Below, piece after piece: positions 30,080 through 32,000 of a stretch of DNA of 32,000 nucleotides. Under the pieces are notes generated by a model. The model had not been told where the DNA came from, made no database searches, and saw nothing but the letters and a program-made list of their open reading frames with translations. Every line of letters begins with the position of its first letter. Position 1 is the stretch's first letter. The stretch comes from an uncultured Solirubrobacterales bacterium (lineage in GTDB: Bacteria; Actinomycetota; Thermoleophilia; Solirubrobacterales; 70-9): assembly GCA_963730315.1 (NCBI GenBank), contig CAVSRD010000019.1, forward strand, positions 170,160 to 202,159, written 5' to 3'. A program made the translations under genes and the position numbers.

Positions 30080-30130
30080 CGGCTTTCTCCGCTGCCGGAA
30101 GTCTAATACTTCACTTTGTATAGTATCGCG

Positions 30131-31252
30131 TCAGTTCGCCGCGGGTTCCAAGGTCGACTCTCGCGGTCCGTGCCGGTCGATCGGCAACCCCTGCTCTTCC
30201 CACAGCGTCACCCGCGCCCGCAGCTGGAAGAAGGCGACGATCCCGGGAGGGATCGGCATCCAGAAGGCGACCAAGCGGTAGATCAGGATCGCCGGGAAGA
30301 CCGTCTCCTCGGGGATGCCGAAGAGAACGAAGGCGCCGATCATCCCGGCATCGACCGCCCCCACCCCGGCCGGCGCCAGTGGGAACAGGTTGGCGACCAT
30401 GCCGAGAAAGAAGCCCTGAACGACCACGGCCAGCGGCACTTCCACCCCGAAAGCGTGGAAGGAAGCCCAGAGAATGCCGATGTTCGCCGCCCAGAAGCCG
30501 GCCGCGCCGATCACCGCCAGGCCGCCCCGCGAGGGGTTGGTGAAGAGACCGGCAGTGAAGCGGAGGCCTTCCGCGACGGTGGCGGGTACTTTGGCGATGC
30601 TGGCGGCGATCGCCTGCCCCCGCTCGCCGCGCGCGTGCCGCGCCGCCCGCCGGCCGAGGTCCGCCGGAATCAGCGCCACCAGCGCCCCACCGACCAGGAC
30701 CAGCCCCGCCACCGCGGCGGGGATGACCGTCAGCTCGACCGAGTGGTTGCCGGGCAGCACGCCGGTTCGCAGCAGCACCCCGAAGACGATCAGGGCCAGC
30801 GGGTAGAAGACGTAGTGCAGGGCGAGGAAGGCGACCATTCGCCGCGCCACGTCGCGGCGCCGCATCCCGGCTTTGCGCAGCGCCCAGTAGGTGAGCGCGA
30901 TGCCCCCCGCCCCGCCCGCCGAGAAGAGCAGGGTGGCCGCCACCCCCGCCATGTTGATCTCGTAGGTCTCAGCCCACGTCAACCGCAGCGCGTCGCCGCC
31001 GACGACCGCCTTGAACAGGGCTACGTAGGTGGCGATTGCCACCACGTTGAAAGCGATCGCGATGCCGATCCAGAGGCCGTCCGCGTCGCCCAGCTTGCTC
31101 AGCGCGTCGCCGAGCCCGACCAGCTTCGGGAAGAGGAAGTAGATCCCGATCAGAAGGGCGAGGACGACGAGCACCGTTTGCACCACGCGTCGTGGCGTGA
31201 ACAGCGGCAGTTCGAAGGCGCCGTTGCCGTTCACCGAGCGCTCGGGAGACAC
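30131..31252 (-). CDS. UPF0104 / lysylphosphatidylglycerol-synthase-TM-region-like (flippase-like) membrane protein
   Basis: Track ORF, 373 aa, with a GTG start. It is a multi-TM protein with the characteristic N-terminal LLIGIYFLFPKLVGLGDALSKLGDADGLWIGIAIAFNVVAIATYVALFKAVV pattern. Confidence 0.7.
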   Translation of the reverse strand: MSPERSVNGNGAFELPLFTPRRVVQTVLVVLALLIGIYFLFPKLVGLGDALSKLGDADGLWIGIAIAFNVVAIATYVALFKAVVGGDALRLTWAETYEINMAGVAATLLFSAGGAGGIALTYWALRKAGMRRRDVARRMVAFLALHYVFYPLALIVFGVLLRTGVLPGNHSVELTVIPAAVAGLVLVGGALVALIPADLGRRAARHARGERGQAIAASIAKVPATVAEGLRFTAGLFTNPSRGGLAVIGAAGFWAANIGILWASFHAFGVEVPLAVVVQGFFLGMVANLFPLAPAGVGAVDAGMIGAFVLFGIPEETVFPAILIYRLVAFWMPIPPGIVAFFQLRARVTLWEEQGLPIDRHGPRESTLEPAAN

Positions 31253-31271
31253 CCCAGGGAAGCTAGTTCAT

Positions 31272-32000
31272 CTATCCGCTGGCAAGCCGCTCGAGGCGCT
31301 GCAGACCGTGGTTGACGCCCAGGACCAGCGGTTCGACGAGCGGCTCGCCGCGCCGCACCGCGACGACCAGGGCTGCACCCGCTGCCAGGTCGGTGACGTA
31401 GTGCTCGCCCAGGTAGACGAGGGCGAAGCCGAGGGTGAGCGCGTAGGCCCAGCCGATGGCGCCCGCGGTGCGGCCCGTCTCGGCCAGGGAGATCGCGACC
31501 GTCACCGAGGTGGCGAAGTGCAGCGAGGGCATCGCCGCCCACGGGTTGCCGCCCAGCGCCCCGTACATCGCCGGCCATGCCGACTTCCATGTTTCCTCTC
31601 CGACCCCGATCATGATCCGGCGCACCTCTTCCCCAGTCTGCCCCTGCTCCGAGGCCCACCAGGGCGGCGCGGTGGGCGCGGCGAAGTAGACGGCGCAGCC
31701 GACGTCGAAGACGGCGGCCAGCCGGCGGGCGGCGCGAGGGAACCGTTGCGGGTGGCGCAGCAGGACGAAGGCCAGGGCGAGGTACGGCTCGAGGAACCAG
31801 AGCCAGTGCGCCCAGGTGAGGAACCGGTTGAAGATCCTTACCCCGGGCATGCGCGAAAGGCCGCGCTGCAGGCGGGCGTTGGGCAGCCGGCCGAGACCGA
31901 TCGCCCGGTCGAGGACGATCGGATAGCGGATCCGAAGGCGCGCCCGGAGGCGCTCCGGATCGTCGTAAGGAAGCTCGTGGACCATCGTGAACGCCCACAT
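31272..32000 (-). CDS. PAP2-superfamily (PAP2_3-like) membrane phosphatase/transferase; 5' end may lie beyond the window
   Basis: Track ORF, 242 aa. It has TM segments plus AMPSLHFATS and YLGEHYVTD motifs (PSxH ... HxxxD of the PAP2 C2/C3 motifs). The ATG sits exactly on the last 3 bases of the window, so the true start is not certain. Confidence 0.7.
   Translation of the reverse strand: MWAFTMVHELPYDDPERLRARLRIRYPIVLDRAIGLGRLPNARLQRGLSRMPGVRIFNRFLTWAHWLWFLEPYLALAFVLLRHPQRFPRAARRLAAVFDVGCAVYFAAPTAPPWWASEQGQTGEEVRRIMIGVGEETWKSAWPAMYGALGGNPWAAMPSLHFATSVTVAISLAETGRTAGAIGWAYALTLGFALVYLGEHYVTDLAAGAALVVAVRRGEPLVEPLVLGVNHGLQRLERLASG

Noticed and set aside
30080-30130. The AT-richer spacer upstream of trxB (…cgcgaTACTATacaaagtgaagTATTAGac…GGAGAAagccgATG) as a defined promoter.
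   Set aside because: -10-like hexamers are present, but I could not pair them with a convincing -35 at proper spacing. I note it only as the likely promoter/RBS region and do not annotate it as a feature.
30116-31315. A 399-aa plus-strand ORF antisense to the UPF0104 membrane-protein gene. A 255-aa minus-strand ORF (31231..31998) lies off-frame to the PAP2 gene.
   Set aside because: Both are Arg/Asp/Pro/Gly-rich with no motifs. The opposing or alternative frames encode coherent multi-TM proteins with family signatures.

Overview
This is a strongly GC-rich bacterial chromosomal window, roughly 70% GC by eye (not computed). Gene content and codon bias look Actinobacteria-like: real frames are GC3-rich, and there are many long Arg/Pro/Gly/Ala-rich shadow ORFs. 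The left ~6 kb, up to tRNA-Arg(UCU) at 6112-6184, is an accessory, mobile-element-like island. It carries an XRE regulator and a DnaB_N + RepA/AAA_25-type helicase-like protein. A dense AGGTGCTCC repeat array sits exactly at the helicase 3' end and is a candidate origin or operator. The island also holds three tiny Cys-rich ORFs, an excisionase-type HTH protein, an HNH nuclease, two hypothetical genes and a low-GC NYN-domain gene. No integrase, capsid or conjugation gene is visible in the window. The remainder is mostly housekeeping. It includes a large polytopic membrane protein, msrA, and an ECF42-type sigma locus in which the DGPF/YCII gene is intact but the sigma gene appears to carry an internal deletion plus frameshift removing region 4. 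Hopanoid genes shc-hpnG-hpnH are followed by an ICMT-family methyltransferase, with tRNA-Pro(UGG) upstream. There is a tightly coupled DUF1015 / PduO-type adenosyltransferase / OsmC / SDR / NudL-like operon and a rhodanese. A beta-oxidation-like operon (thiolase, class IV aminotransferase, acyl-CoA dehydrogenase, crotonase, 3-hydroxyacyl-CoA dehydrogenase) is translationally coupled to an SdsA-type alkylsulfatase. The right end holds zf-UBP and DUF1059 small metal-binding proteins, trxB, a UPF0104 membrane protein and a PAP2-family protein. I saw no CRISPR array, rRNA or recognisable IS element. All family assignments come from motif recognition by eye, not from database searches.
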